A DNA stretch of 64,000 nucleotides from Takakia lepidozioides (Eukaryota; Plantae; Bryophyta), in contig CM060733.1 of assembly GCA_030704615.1 (NCBI GenBank), positions 20,274,001-20,338,000 of the forward strand, read 5' to 3'. Below the pieces are notes generated by a model, which searched no databases, had not been told where the DNA came from, and saw only the letters and a program-made list of their open reading frames with translations. Made by a program: the position numbers and the translations under genes. Of the stretch, positions 12,422 through 26,116 are shown in pieces (positions within the stretch are counted from its first letter, which is position 1; each line of letters begins with the position of its first letter).

Positions 12422-14264
12422 CTAAACTTCTGGAATGTCTTGTTCTTTGGAAGGTGTCTGTTGCGCTGGTGCACCCAAAGGGGGCAGATCCTCATATGGT
12501 AGAGAAGGAAGACCATTGGAACCAGCACTACTGGAAGTAGTGCTCGTACGGGATGGCTGAGATTTCTGTGTCTCTATGCCCATAGCTTTTCGTGCTGCTT
12601 TCAAAGCTGCTACTTTTGCCCTCTCCTGGACCTCTTCCTGCAGTCCACAATCATGATGCTTAAGCAAAATTTGAGGAATACTCTGCTATGTTGATGAATC
12701 AGCTCCGATGCAAGTTTGGCAGGAAAGCTATTTATGAGCACAAAAGCTTAACATGCTGGAGTTTGAAAACTGGGTCTTAATATCGAAGACTCCTATGATA
12801 GTCGGCGCCTTTAGCTGCAGACTGGTGCAGGCTCCACATGAAGAATGTGAAAATAAGTACTTCAGACCATGCAGAAAGTACCTGCTTTGTAATCACCTCT
12901 ACTCCAGTTTCAGTTATCTCAGGCAAAATAAGTGAGACAACCAAGTAGCACTTTACTCTGTATCAGAACAATGACAGATCCCTAGATAATAGTTTATTCT
13001 AAGGATCACGTTGCACCCTTTTCTTTACCCTCTCAAATTTTTCCACCTCTCCTGCCTGCTCCTCAAACACTGAACATGGACAATCTCCTGCAACATGGTG
13101 GATTCCTGGACATTTACCTGAAATTGACGTATGCGTTTCTCTTGCTCAGCCTGCCGTCGTCCAATGTCACTCAGAAGCTCCCCCAATGCACTGCCCACGC
13201 GCTCATTAACAGCTTCTGCGAATGCTTTGCCCAAGAAAAATGAATCCAAAACTTGCTTGCTCTCATTGTCCCCTGCAGGAAAAACCCGTGTAGCAATTTT
13301 ATCTTATGTTAGAATTTGTCACTTTCTTTCTGCCCATGCAGAACGATGTTTAGGCATCGTAATGTAGACCTAGTACTTCCAAACCCCTAGGGGAAGGGGA
13401 CACTACACAATGTGGCCAAACCTGAATCACCTTGATTGAAGTGATTACCATTGTATCATTCTGCCACTAGATTTACAACGCTGGGAATACGCGGCATGTC
13501 TGTCGTCTCTTGCAACAGCGTAGCATGTCTACATATGTGCAGACTTTTGGTTCCGTAGTTATTCAAAAGCTCACAAAACCAAGGGGAAGTATAGCCGCTT
13601 TTGTGAGACCATGGTGGAGTTCGACTAATCCCTAACAGATTCACGTTTACGACGCCCTCCCCTTTCCTCCTCTAATCCCACTCTGTTAGCTTGCTACATG
13701 TGACACAGCAACAATGCTGCAGTACGAGAATCTGCTGACATGTAGATTGCAAGGTTTTCAAGTCATCAAAAATCTGTCAAACAACCACCTGTCATGCTTG
13801 AATCATATCTGCTGTCTAGCACTAGTCACAGAGCAGCTCTACCAGAAAAGAAAACGAAGAGGCCACATAACACTCCAAGACGCCATGTGAATTCCAAGTG
13901 CCAGACGAATTCATATCCCGGTTGAAAGGAAATTGTTGCTAGAGCCGAATAGCCCTCAAACACTACCCAACACTCCAAACGTAAGGAAAACAAAGTATCG
14001 AAATAACAGACCGTCTTTATATTGGCCACCACCTTGAGCCCGCAGAGCAAAACATCTCCCACCTTCACATCTCCTTCTCCCTCCCCTTCTTCGAAACGAC
14101 AGTACTGCCCCTTCCCAGTTCCGCTGCCGTGAGAGACACACCGACGACCCGAAAGACAATGAAGCACAAGGAGAGGGAAGACAGCTCGAACACGCAATGC
14201 ACGTGGTCTTCGAAACTGAAGCTCCAAAGACAACAGGGCCGCTCGAGGCCGTCGCCATCGCCAT
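12422..14264 (-). CDS. Plastid-targeted uncharacterized protein, At4g13200-like; exons 14264-14012, 13272-13118, 12637-12422
   Basis: Ser/Arg-rich transit peptide, then NESKQVLDSFFLGKAFAEAVNERVGSALGELLSDIGRRQAEQ...FQEEVQERAK. GT-AG introns give 207 aa. Confidence 0.85.
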
Positions 14265-15997
14265 GCCTCCCACCTCGCAAGCACACCCCCACAGACAGAG
14301 ACAGAGACAGACAGAGGAGACCGCACGGTTCCTTTGTAACAAACTCCACTGCACTGTTTGGAAAATAACACGACTACAGAGTTTTGCAAAAAATAGCGGT
14401 ACATTCTGTTCATCCACTAAAATTCATCTACCTCTGTACTGTCATCCATTTATATCATCCATATTTGGCGAATTCATCCATGATATATTTTTTATTGCCT
14501 CTCATTGTTTAACAATAGGGTCATGAATGCACGAGCCCCGCCAAGTACGACCCTTGGGGTGAGCTCATAAGCCCACCGCCCGTTCACCGGGTCGGCGAGA
14601 TTCTGAAATTTTTCTAAGTCCTTGTTAATCTACCATGGCGGACCTTCTAGCGGACTAGGTAGACCCTCCAACAGACTGACTCCAACCTTCTAACAGACCC
14701 TCCGGACCGATGAGCGGATTGGCACCTCTCCAACAAGCAGACCGAGCAGACCCCCTCCAACAGACCGGCTTAGACCCTTCGACAAAATATATATTTAATA
14801 ACACAAGTTATTGGCACGGTACAACATAACGAGATTTAAACACCACACCTCATGTTTATCATTCATTACTCTTAATCAAGACACTACCCGCCACTTTCTA
14901 CAAACCCTTGCAATAACTAATGCTTTATGTGCATAATGTGGGCCTAGCAGACTAGCTTGCCAGGCATACCCAACAAGCAGATTGGCGGGGACTGTTGGGG
15001 ATTGGCTGGGTGGGGGGGTAGGGCGCTCCCCACCCTCCGCCTTTGCCACAGGCGGGGCCACTGCAACATATGCGGGCATTCATGACCCTATTATTGTTAA
15101 ATGAGAAGCTTTTTGATTTGGAGAAATTTGGAGATTTCATCCATGGAAAAAATGGAATTTGCGACAGAATATTCCATTTAATTTTTTGAGGTCGAAATCT
15201 GGCGAAAATTTGCCAATTAAAAAACCCCTGCTATGTACCATACCCACTGCTATGTACTCATATCCCCCGTAGCCCATGTAACGCACCTCATGCCCATGTG
15301 CCTCTCGGGACCGCGGTTACAGGCGGTGTGACCTATATCCGCTCCCCACTCCTTCCCCGAGAGATTCCTGGGAACTCCACTGTAGTCGCGCGCCACCTTG
15401 TCGAGGACGTAAGGACACATGGCCGGGGGGCGTGAATGTCACAGAGGAAAAGAGAAAGAAAGAGAAAGAAAGAAAGAGGAAGAGACAATCACAAACATAT
15501 TGAATTGAGAAGATTTACTCGCCAGAAGAGATCGAGAAATTACGTTATGCTTAGTGAATGTGAGAGGAGTGTATCGATTCGATTATGTGCAGACTTGAGT
15601 TAGTTTTCCTTAGTCTTTGATCCTACCAATGTCAAAAACATGCTCTAACATACACAGCTCTATCTCGCAATCGAACAAAAGAAAAACTATTTTTGTTGGC
15701 TCCTCTCCAACATAAAAACTTCTCATTTTCGGGTGTAGAGGAACAAGTTAGTTCACGTGGCAGAAGGTCGAAGCTAGCGGGGGTGGAGCTATAGTTGACA
15801 AATTCTGTACACTTACTTTTCTCGAAGGATTAAGTGCTTTTGAAGATGAGATAGGCGGAGATGCAGCAATAGACAATGATGTTTTTCCGTGAGGACATCA
15901 ATTACATTGTTGGAAGAGGAATGATGTGAGGGGGCCAGGAGACTGGCAATAAGAAAAGAGAGAGTAGTATTCCAGCTACAACTGCAATTTCATCGCC

Positions 15998-18900
15998 ATG
16001 GCAGGTACTCAGACTTCCCGAAGCAGTACACCGCCGCCGCCGATGAACCCCTTCTTTGTCACTCCTATGAGGCCTCCTCCTGTTCCACCTGCAATTGTTC
16101 GCAATCTCGAAGGTTTTGGCCTCTCCACATGCCCTGGTTCTATAGTCTTCTTATCAAGCTTTGGATTTTAGGAGATGCGTCTTGTTAGAAGTCCAGGTTG
16201 AATTACACGTCCTACAAATCAGCTTCTCAAGTCATTGCTCTAGTTTCTGCACTGTGTGGAAGAGTCTGAGCTCTCAACGGCAGATGATACTGTCATATAG
16301 TCACATACGTATGACCAGTGCACATTTCGTGAAAGTCGAAATGTCTGTGTATTCAGATGCGGGATCTCCTGTCATACTTGTAATCCAGCACTCTCGTCAT
16401 GTACTGTTCATTTTCGCACTGCCTTACATTTCAGCGTCCAGAAATCAAAGTATGATTTCTGGGATATTTTCTACGCTGTGCTGCATGCCATTCAGGTCGC
16501 TCTCCATCATGAGAGCCTCAGCTCCCAAGCAAGGAGAGTATTGAAAGAGATCTTACAGAAGCGCTATTGTGACGAACTATTTTTTTTATTTTACTCAGAA
16601 TAGCTGTTTTTCTGGTGGATATTGACAGAAATGAAGCCATCAATTTCTAATAAAATTATGGGGCTTAGCGATCTGACCTTCCTGTCATGGTTGCAAGCCA
16701 TTTTCTTTGTATAGTTTCACAGCCTTTTCGACACACAATACATGCACTATGTTTGTTTGTATAGCCCTCACTCCACATGATATCTGCCTCTTGGTCAAAG
16801 AGGCTTCACTAACGGATCAAATTTGCTCATTTTGGGTGCAGTGGCATGCATAGCCACCCTGCAGGAGCGTGTGAGAAGTGCCGATTATAATGGAAACGAT
16901 CTCTACAGCAGTGATCAGAAAGGCGTTATTAATCTATGGAACACTGCGGTCTGTCACCAAAGCTCATAACTCGTATTCCTGTCATCCTCTTCCTCCTCAT
17001 TGCTTTGTCCTCACATTCTCTGTCATTCCTACCTGTCTGTTGTGATCTCTGGTGTGTTAAAAATTGTTCTCTCTCTTACCCTGCCACTAGGTATTTTCTT
17101 GACTGTCTAAGAAACTCTTGTATCAAGACTTAAATTGTTATCTCTAACATTCCAACTCGTCACATTCGTACAAGCCCCTGGCTAGTTCTTTTGTAATGTC
17201 TTAGCCTTTCCAGTGTAAATGTAGTTGTCAACTCCTACAGCAAATTTGATCAGCATTACTTATTTGGATGCAGGCAGCAAATTATGCCAAATTTCTTGAT
17301 GGATGTAATGTACCTATCAATGTGCTGCACAGTGCAAGAGATGGAAAGGACATGTGGTTGGGATTTTCAAATGGGGATATTGCAATCCTGGATATTGCAA
17401 AGAGAAGTATTGGAAATCGATGGCGTGCACATCCCGGGGGAGTGTCGTGCATTGTTGCAGGCACCAATTCCATTTGGTCTGGTGATCACTATGTACTGGA
17501 CTACTTTCCTCTATAAGTTGTTATTCTTGTACACAATTTGGATAGGCAGAGGCAGTGATAGATAGAGATGAGGGTGAGTTTGACTAGTGGAAGACAAGGG
17601 TCATCAACACCGGAAGTTGTAAGGCGTAGCGTAACTATTCTTGCTTGTATGTTGCTTGTTGTGGGGGAAGAGGACTCAACCCAAACACCTTTGCTAAGCC
17701 AAGGGGAATACGGAGCATGGTAGCAAACCCTTATGATGTGGTCTTAGTGCTGTTCAGTAGCTTGCTCCTAGGATTGATGGCTGCTTACACACATAGAGAT
17801 GGCAGAAAGAGAGACAGACACAGAAGCTGACTCCTTTTACCAATGTACTGTGTAGGGGGGGTTGATTTCCAGATCAGAAAATGGGGACTTGAAGGGCAGA
17901 CACTGTCTGCATATTCGCAGCACCATAGCATAATAAGGTGGGTTCTCATGGTGAAAAGAATCCCCAACCAACCTGAAGTGCAAATCTGGAGCAGCTCCGA
18001 CACAACCATTGCTGTAGCCCTCCTCTCTGATGATGTTGAACATCATGACTTGGGTGGCGAGGTCAAGAAATTGAGTGGTTGGTACCTGGTCACTTTTCTC
18101 CCATTTGGCTGTTTGACGGCTAATTCTCAATTTTGTATGGACAAAGCAGCTGGTAAAACATCCACTTTTACTCCTGCTCTAGAACCGGGGGAATTTTCTG
18201 CTTGAACTTTAGCTTGATTCCTTCTTCAGCTTCAGCTCTTATGATTTAGCCTGCTTAATGTGTTGCCACTTGATTACGACTTTCCAGTTGTTTATGTCAG
18301 GATCGTTCAACATCCCGGTTTTATGCTTCTGTAACCTTGCTTTGAGTTAACATGTGACTAGGTTGGGGAACTCCATGTTTCTATATTTGGAGTTCATAGG
18401 GGTTTCTATCGTTGTTTCCAAGTCTTCTTACAGTCAACACTAAATCCTTCCCCACAGGAAAAAGTATAGACCCAAGATGGTGACACCAAATCCTGGTTCC
18501 GCCTCCCAGCGTTCTTAGTCAATGATACCTGTAATCGCCATGTACTCATTGGCATTGTCGGCTCCTTGTCACGTTCATTTAAAATAAAATAACAGATGCA
18601 TTTTGTCATGCAGGGCACCACCGGGCAGTTTTGGTGCTTTGTCATGTTGGAAATGATGCAGTATGGAGTGGAAGTGAAGACAGCACAATGAGGGTGTGGA
18701 GCTGTTCTGAGATGACCTGCAAGCACACGCTGTCTGGGCACAAAGGGCCTGTTTGCAGCATGGTGGAGATGGGCAAGCATGTCTGGAGTGGGTCTGCCGA
18801 TCAGACTATTCTCGTCTGGGATGCCTCTACATACCAGCTTCTCTTCTCACTGGGTGATCATGGAGGGTATGCTTTCACCCCTAGAGATATGCCAACTATG

Positions 18901-21900
18901 ATGCCTGGTCGCTTCTCCCACCAATCAGAATTATTCTAGTCGGTGCTTGTCGGGGCTCCAAAGCTTTGAAGAATCCCAGTCTAGGAAATGAATGACTGGC
19001 CGCAGGCTTTACAGTTCTGCCCCCAGGCCTAACTGGGAGGATTTTGAATGTGGTGGAAGACCCAAGAAACACTGCTGCAGATATCATAGGACGGGTACCT
19101 TGACACGATACACAACTAATGTTGACTAGGTTGTGTGTGCAGTATTATTGCTCCTGCCTTCCCTGCAGAGACTATTAAAGGATGTCATCCTGCCCGACTG
19201 TGGATAAATGATAGAATGAGGATTGAAGCATCTACAATAATGAGAGATTCAGGATGACATTTGTCCATTATGAAGGGTGCTACAAGGACTAAGCCATCAT
19301 TTTTAAGAACTTTGTCATAGTCTCTTAAAATCTACCCATTGATATTCTGAATAAGATATCTCCACTCAAACTTTGCAATAACATACAGATGTTGGACTCA
19401 CTGCAGGTATGTGAGGGCGATGGTGAAGGTCGACTGGCAGTTGTGGGTGTTTGCGTCTGGGAAGAATGTGAAAATATGGGCTGCTACAAGTCTTTGGAAC
19501 CTTGCAAGGCAGGAGAAAGACCAGCTCATGGGTGTGATAAATGAAATTAAGAAGGACAAGGAGGGAGAGGAAAAGGCAAAGAAAAGGGAAAAGGTGCTGT
19601 TTCTTTAGCGGGAAAACAAAGAAATGACTAGAGGCAGTACAGGACAATATATCTACTTCAAGTGTTTTAGTGGAAAGTCCTCTCTAACTTGGCCATGTTT
19701 GTATAGGTAATAGATGAATAAACAAATGATGTTTGTAACGTACATAACCATCCTCACTACCATCTGAGTGACAAAAGCAGAGATAGAAGTTGCCTTCAGC
19801 TTTATGTCATCAACCCCTTTAGTGCCTAGTACACAAATGTGGATTTGGAGTATCTACATCATTTAGGATCTAAGGACTTTGCACTGTTACAGGCTGCACA
19901 TGAACAAAAGGAGCAGGACTTGAGAAGTGAGCTTGATCAAGCTGAGCGGGATTGGGCTTCAAGGCTTATGCAAAAGGCTGCTGAGATGGAAACCATGGAA
20001 GACAATCTGACAAAGAAACTCATAGATCTTGAAAAGATGACGAAAACTGTGGAGGGTGAGAAGACTCGTCTTGTGAAAGACGCAGTGGAGCTCACAGAAT
20101 CTTTAGGTAATCTTAAAAAGGATAAAGAGGCAGCCGACTATGCAAACAAGGACTCACAAGCTACAAAGGTAAGGTTCAAGAGGTTCATCTGTAATTGATT
20201 TGAAGAAGTGATGCATCTGTGAGTAGGGGAGGAAAGGAACTGTTAGGATGAGAGTGATGCGATATTGAGCTATATGGGGTTTCTTATTTTCACTGTCAGA
20301 TATTGACAAGATTGATTCAGGCAGCTTGCATAAACAAGTGAGGGAGCGCTAGTTCTGAGATAATGTGAACTGATTTGTGTGTCCAAACCAACATGATCAT
20401 CAACCTGATCATGCAGTTCACCTCTCCCCTCATATGTGTACCCCTTAAGACTGTTGACTGTGTTGTGACTTGTATAAGGAGATGGTAGAGAGATGCTGAG
20501 CACGAAATCCTACTGGTTGCAGGATAAGAAGCTTGCTGAGTTGAAGAAAAATTTGAAGCAGGCACAACGAACTGCTGCATCAACCGTATCTGAGCTAGAA
20601 TCTTTGAGGAAAGCTGCAGAGGATGAGAAGGCAGTTCTCACACGAGAGATGGCAGAAATGAGAGACCAGACAAACAAAGAGAGGAATTCAGCAGTAAAAC
20701 GTGCACAGGATCACAAAGGATCTGCTGCTCAAGAACTTGCACAATGGAAGGAGCGGATGCAAAAATATAGGGATGCAGCCATAAAAGCAGCAAATGATGA
20801 AGTTGCTAAGCTCAAAGAGCAAATGATCGAAGAAAAGGATTTGGCAGTGAAATCCATGGAGAGTGATTACAAAGCTGCTGTACAGGAACTTGCACAGTTA
20901 AAAGAGCAGAAGCAGAAAGAAAGGAATTTGGCAAGGAAAAATGCAGAGGAGCCAAAAAAGGTGGCTGAAGATGCTATAGGAAAGCTCAGACAGAAGATGG
21001 AGAGAGAGAAAAAATCAGCGAGTGCACTGAAGCATGCTCACATTGTCAATGATGAGAAGGTTGCCTATTTGCCGAGGAGACTCAAGGTAGTTTGTCTAAC
21101 AAATGGCATTGTTTGTTATTATAGCTGACTCTTAAGGAGCCAATCTCTTTACTAAGAAACCAGTGCCTGGAGACAGATGTCACATGTGGATTACAGTATT
21201 GTGTGCCATTGAACCTCATCAACAATTTAGCTAGAAGCTTCCGGCACTTCAGTTGCCAAACCGAACTGTTAAATCAAACTTTGCACACCCAATGCAGAAG
21301 ACATCAGTGAGGAACCAACCAGACAGGTGCTAGCACAAATTTTGGTTCAAATCTCTGTAGGCCTTTATCAGACTCATGCATATGTATGGCTACAGGAGAC
21401 ACAGGTTGACCTTCCGGGTGACCAGTCTCACCTACAAAAGGTGCATATTGATGTCGAAGACAAACTTGACATCAAGACTGCAGAATCTGTGAAAATGATG
21501 GATGAAGACTTTTTAAGTCATCTTAGAGCTGCTGAAGGAGAGAAGGGTAGACTCCGAGTTGCCCTTGATGGCATGACAAAGGCTGTTGAATCTGCTGAGA
21601 GTGCATCGACAGCCTTAGCAGCCTCCTACAGTCAAAAAGTTGCAGGTAATGAACATGGCTCTTAACTCTGATTCAAACAGGGGGCCATGCGATTTAGAAT
21701 GTCCTTTAGCAACTGGTTTCTCAAGGGAAGATTTTGAGAGACCCAGAATGGATGTGAGTGGAGCATCCAGAGCCCAAAAGGACTGTTGGAGGTTGAAATT
21801 TGTTTAACATAGTGTCAAAAAACTGGCTGATGTTGGGCCTGTCAGATTGATTACTGACCTAACATTAAGTGAAGCCACAAACTTATGGGTGTGGTGCAAT

Positions 21901-22120
21901 ACATCTGTCACTGCCATACTAGCCCTATTTGGATTGCAACAAGATGGGTTCCTCTACAATATCTATACCCTAGGGAAAAAATTAGGACCACAAATTTGAT
22001 GGTCGCTGTCACCATTGTGCAGGGGTGCAGACCATTCCAATTTTCTTCCAAGATTTCGCTGGAAGGACGCACATTGGTGCTCATATCCAAGCAAGCTCCT
22101 AATGCTGTGGAGGTTTAGTT
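15998..22120 (+). CDS. WD40-repeat protein with long C-terminal coiled coil; at least 9 exons, 3' end uncertain
   Basis: Exons approx. 15998-16112, 16842-16948, 17274-17481, 17856-18077, 18614-18866, 19407-19593, 19892-20168, 20523-21086, 21395-21645. WD repeats VWSGSEDSTMRVW and VWSGSADQTILVWD. E/K/A-rich heptad exons. Confidence 0.8.
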
Positions 22121-23654
22121 ACCTAATATTAAGTACATCAATAGACATGTGAAGGTTTTTTCTAGTCAAATTTTTTGTTCTTATCCTCCTTTTTCTAATT
22201 GTAGCTTTTGAAGCACTGTACATGCTAGGCCCTTGTCACCTGCTAGGATCAAACAGGAGTAGTTGTAGGAGGGTTTGAAAGAGGGGTCTTTAGGTGGCTT
22301 CATATCTTTTAGAGTTTTCATAGCCAATCAATAAGTCAACCTGTTTTGGGTCATGTATGACCTCTTGCTGACATATACAGCTTCACCTTCAAATTTGGAC
22401 TATGTTTGCAAGGAAATGTTTTCACCAGCCCATTTCTTTTTAAGCTTTCAGAAACTTCCTTCCTGGCTCTTGGAACACGGAGGGGTTGTGAGTGCATTCA
22501 ATCATCGAATGCTATCTGTGCATCACCCTGGCTAGTCAATAGCACGAGAATCACTCTTGGAGGAGATGATATGAAGTGCTTTAATAAAACCTCTCTCCTC
22601 AAACCTTTTCCACTAGTGCTATGCTGCAGCCATGGTGTTTGTACGTTAGGTATGCATATCGCCTTCCTCTGCTGTCACAGTATTCCATTGCACATGTAGA
22701 TCTGCACTGAAGCTCTTCAGCTGTAGTTGAAAAGATCATGAGAGAGGGGTTTGGAGCAGGTTGGGGGCCAAACCCTTGAATACCAGGTTGGAATGACCTG
22801 TATCTGACTCATCAGGTACAACCCCCTTGTGCTCTCCCAACAGCTCTACAAACTGATTAATATCCACCAGGTATGTAACCTTCTGTTCTGGTTTGAACCA
22901 ACGCATAGATATATATTTTTTGGATGTATATGCATGGAACAATTTGGTTCTGAATCTTAACCGGTTCTGAATCCTACCTTCTGACCAGTTCTTGGGTTTT
23001 GAAATGTACGAAGTGTGATGTAACACAGAGGGGCGATCATATGCACCTCATTCCCTTCATCTGTGAACACCTCAATACAACGTCATGAGAGTCTATGGTG
23101 AGACAAGCATATGCTTCTTCTGACTGATTGCACTGCTTGTTCGGTCGACAAAGTAGTGTTGAACTATTCATGTTGTTCCCTCTAAGCCCTCCCACCTCTA
23201 AGAATGTTCCCAATCTCGCACGACTTGCTCCCGCATCACTAGTTCAATTCATTTGTTTTGGTGCGGTCAGGTACAAGTCTCAGAGTGCCCTCATTGAACT
23301 CCCAACATTCGCAGAGAAAAATCTACTACAAGACCAATGCCATAGATGCATGGTGGTCTACCAACTACAACATGCTTGTTAGAGAGAACAGATTTCAGTT
23401 TTCAGTCAAAATAACTGAGAGAGCAAGCAGCAAGCAGCACTACTTACCCCTCACAGTGGCATTCACTATATTATGAACCCATGACCTCAAAATTTTATAC
23501 GAAGATATAATGTATTAATAATGCATGAAAAATATACATGATAAGTATGATGCATACATGCACCATTCAAGACTTTTGTTAGATCCTCCCTGGAATGTAT
23601 ACTCAAAGTTTTATCCCCTGATCCCAGCAACTGAAGACATTGAGTAAACAGTAA

Positions 23655-23978
23655 AATTGTTCGTTTCAGTTCCCTTCTCAGGTCTGGCTTCGAGGTCAGC
23701 TCTTAGCTGGATCTCTTCTTGCTACAGTGGCTATGGTAGTCATGCTCTTATCTGGTTAGACATGACAGTCCTTAGGCTTCTCAGGGACATTCTTAGGTCC
23801 CTGATTCCTTCTCTTCCCCCCTCCTTTCTTTGGACTATAGGCTCGGAGTGGTACCTCTGTTCTCTACCTTATGGTTTTTGTGAGGTTATTTTTTCCTTGC
23901 TATAGTAAAAATACCAGGGCTACAATCCCCCTGTTACTTAACAAAACAAAAAAAACAAAAAAAAACAAAGAAACAAAA
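23655..23978 (+). mobile_element. 5'-truncated LINE 3' end with A-rich tail and 9-bp TSD
   Basis: AAACAGTAA at 23646-23654 and 23979-23987 flanks a segment ending in an (AC/A)n tail. Confidence 0.6.
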
Positions 23979-24159
23979 AAACAGTAAGCCCAACATGGGA
24001 GGGTAATTGGCTTTGAACCCAGCACCAAAGTGCTGTGTGGGTTAAGGGAATGGGAGGAGAGTGCTGCAAGCAGGACAACGGTCCTGCACTCCCGGGCACA
24101 AATTTGTAGGGAGACAAGAGAGAGAGAGAGAGAGGGAGGGAGAGAGGGAAGGGGAAGCG

Positions 24160-26116
24160 ATGGTAAGAGAGCGGCATCGAGTGTTCGTGAAATCGGGGGT
24201 GACTGCGGAGATCGGCGAGGAAGTGTTGCAGCGGCACTTTGGTGGGTATGGGACCGTTACCGATGTCTACATTCCGAAGGCCATGCCCTCTCTCACGCCC
24301 AAGGGCTTCGCGTATATTTCTTTCGACTCTGAAGAATCCGTGCAGCGTGCGGTAAGCCATTCTATCTCTCTTTCTTCTTGACTTGGGTTTCGGATTTTTC
24401 CTTTCTTTTTGTCTCGTATTTTGCTTGAGCCCTGTTTTGGTAAGGGGGTAAGTTGATTTTCACGAGTTTCGTAGTTTGAGAAGATAACGGTCCCCATCAA
24501 GTGATGTTCCACCTCAGGTATTTGTGTACTGGTGTCGCGTTCCATAACATTGTCTATCAAACATTTGTCGGGAGTGATGGGATTTTATATCGTTGCAGGA
24601 ATTTTCCAAGATTTTGATTTGCAGGTTTCAGAGACGACTCTTGATTGTCACTGTTGATGCAGGTGTTTCAAATATATGTAATTGTGTTTCGCAGTACAAG
24701 TATTTTGTTCTGTTTTCCTGATTATTGAAATTCCTCTCTTGAAACAAAGTTAAAGGTTTTCAAGCTGTAAATTTGGTGTAGGGAACGGAATTTATGACAC
24801 TCATCACGGCAATCTGGCACATGAATTCATCTTTTGCACACTCCCCTGTCATACCATATCTCTATGTCTTTACATGGTTTCAGGTCCAAATGCTGCTCTG
24901 GGTTGTGGATATGAGCTCTGAACCCTGCAGATTTCTAAAAATTTGTCTTCTGGGAAACAGGCTCAAGCTTCTCATGGCCTTAAGGCAGTGGGATATGTGG
25001 TGGAATGATGGACATGACCATTGTGTTGGAACGTGTTCGGGATCAGTTGCAGGAGCCTGTACATGAAATAGAGGGAAAGCAATTTCCAGTGGGAAGAGCT
25101 GAACCTCGGCCATCTGAAAGAAGTGTGTGGCACCATGAAGACCGCTTCAGAACGAGGGGGTTTGATCCTTTTGTTCCCTGGACTGCTCGGCCTCCAGGCC
25201 CTGCTATGCATGGTGCACCTGCTGCAGGCCCACCTGGAGCTGAGTTGAGACCAGTTGGATTACCTGGTCTAGCTGTTCCAGGAGAGGTCCCAGCATATGC
25301 AGATGAATCGCCCTTTGCTGACATGGAAGGTTATGGCTGGGTAGGAGGTCCTGGACCAATAGGTCCTGGTGGCTATTCTATGAGGAGAAATGCTTGCCGC
25401 ATTTTTGTTGGAGGCGTTCCGGATGTACTATCTGAAGAAGATTTAAAAGGTCATTTTGAAAAGTAAGTTGGAATCCAAAGACTTGGCTTTTCCAATGCTT
25501 TATATTGGTTTGCACCCCTGCCCTGTCTGTCATTCCCTTAACTTACCTCAGACCTGGGATTGGTAGCACGGTCTCACCCAGCTCTGCAAGATGCAAATTG
25601 TGGGATATTGATGCTTGTGGGTGCTATTTCTGAATCAATTTCAAAATTCACTTGTCCAGTACCTCCAACAGTTATATCTTCCTTTCCTTCTTTGCAACGG
25701 CATACCTTCTGGGAAAGTTTAAGGCTTGATGTTAGCTGCAGATGCCTCATTATATGGATCGACTTGACTCTTCGGGTCATGTCTTGTCCAGATATGGCAA
25801 GGTGGAGGATGTCTACTTTCCTAAAGAAAAGGACAGCAGAAAAAGAAGAGGATTTTGCTATGTTCGTTTTGACACTCCCAAAGCAGCAGATGCAGCAGCA
25901 GCGCGGAGCCCTCGAACTATTGGAGGTCATGAGATCGGAGAAATTAAGATTGCGCAGCCACGGCCTGAGGCATGGGGCCCAGGGGAGGCTATGGAGTATG
26001 GATTAGATATGGAGGGATATCCTATTGGCTATGGTCCCCGCAGGCTTGGACCTGCATTCTATGACATGCCCAGGGGATTTGAAGGAAGGCCACCTGGCAG
26101 GTATCGTCCTTACTAG
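24160..26116 (+). CDS. Two-RRM RNA-binding protein (hnRNP A/B-like); exons 24160-24351, 25047-25462, 25792-26116
   Basis: RNP1 KGFAYISF and RGFCYVRF. RNP2 IFVGGV. GT-AG junctions are in frame. Confidence 0.9.

Noticed and set aside
13826-14417. 195-aa and 153-aa ORFs as standalone genes
   Set aside because: They overlap exon 1, the UTR and the intron of the At4g13200-like gene.
14400-15300. MITE/hAT-like remnants between divergent genes
   Set aside because: Repeat-like motifs are present (CATCCA, CAGACCCTCC, AAAAAACCCCTG), but I could not pair TIRs or TSDs.
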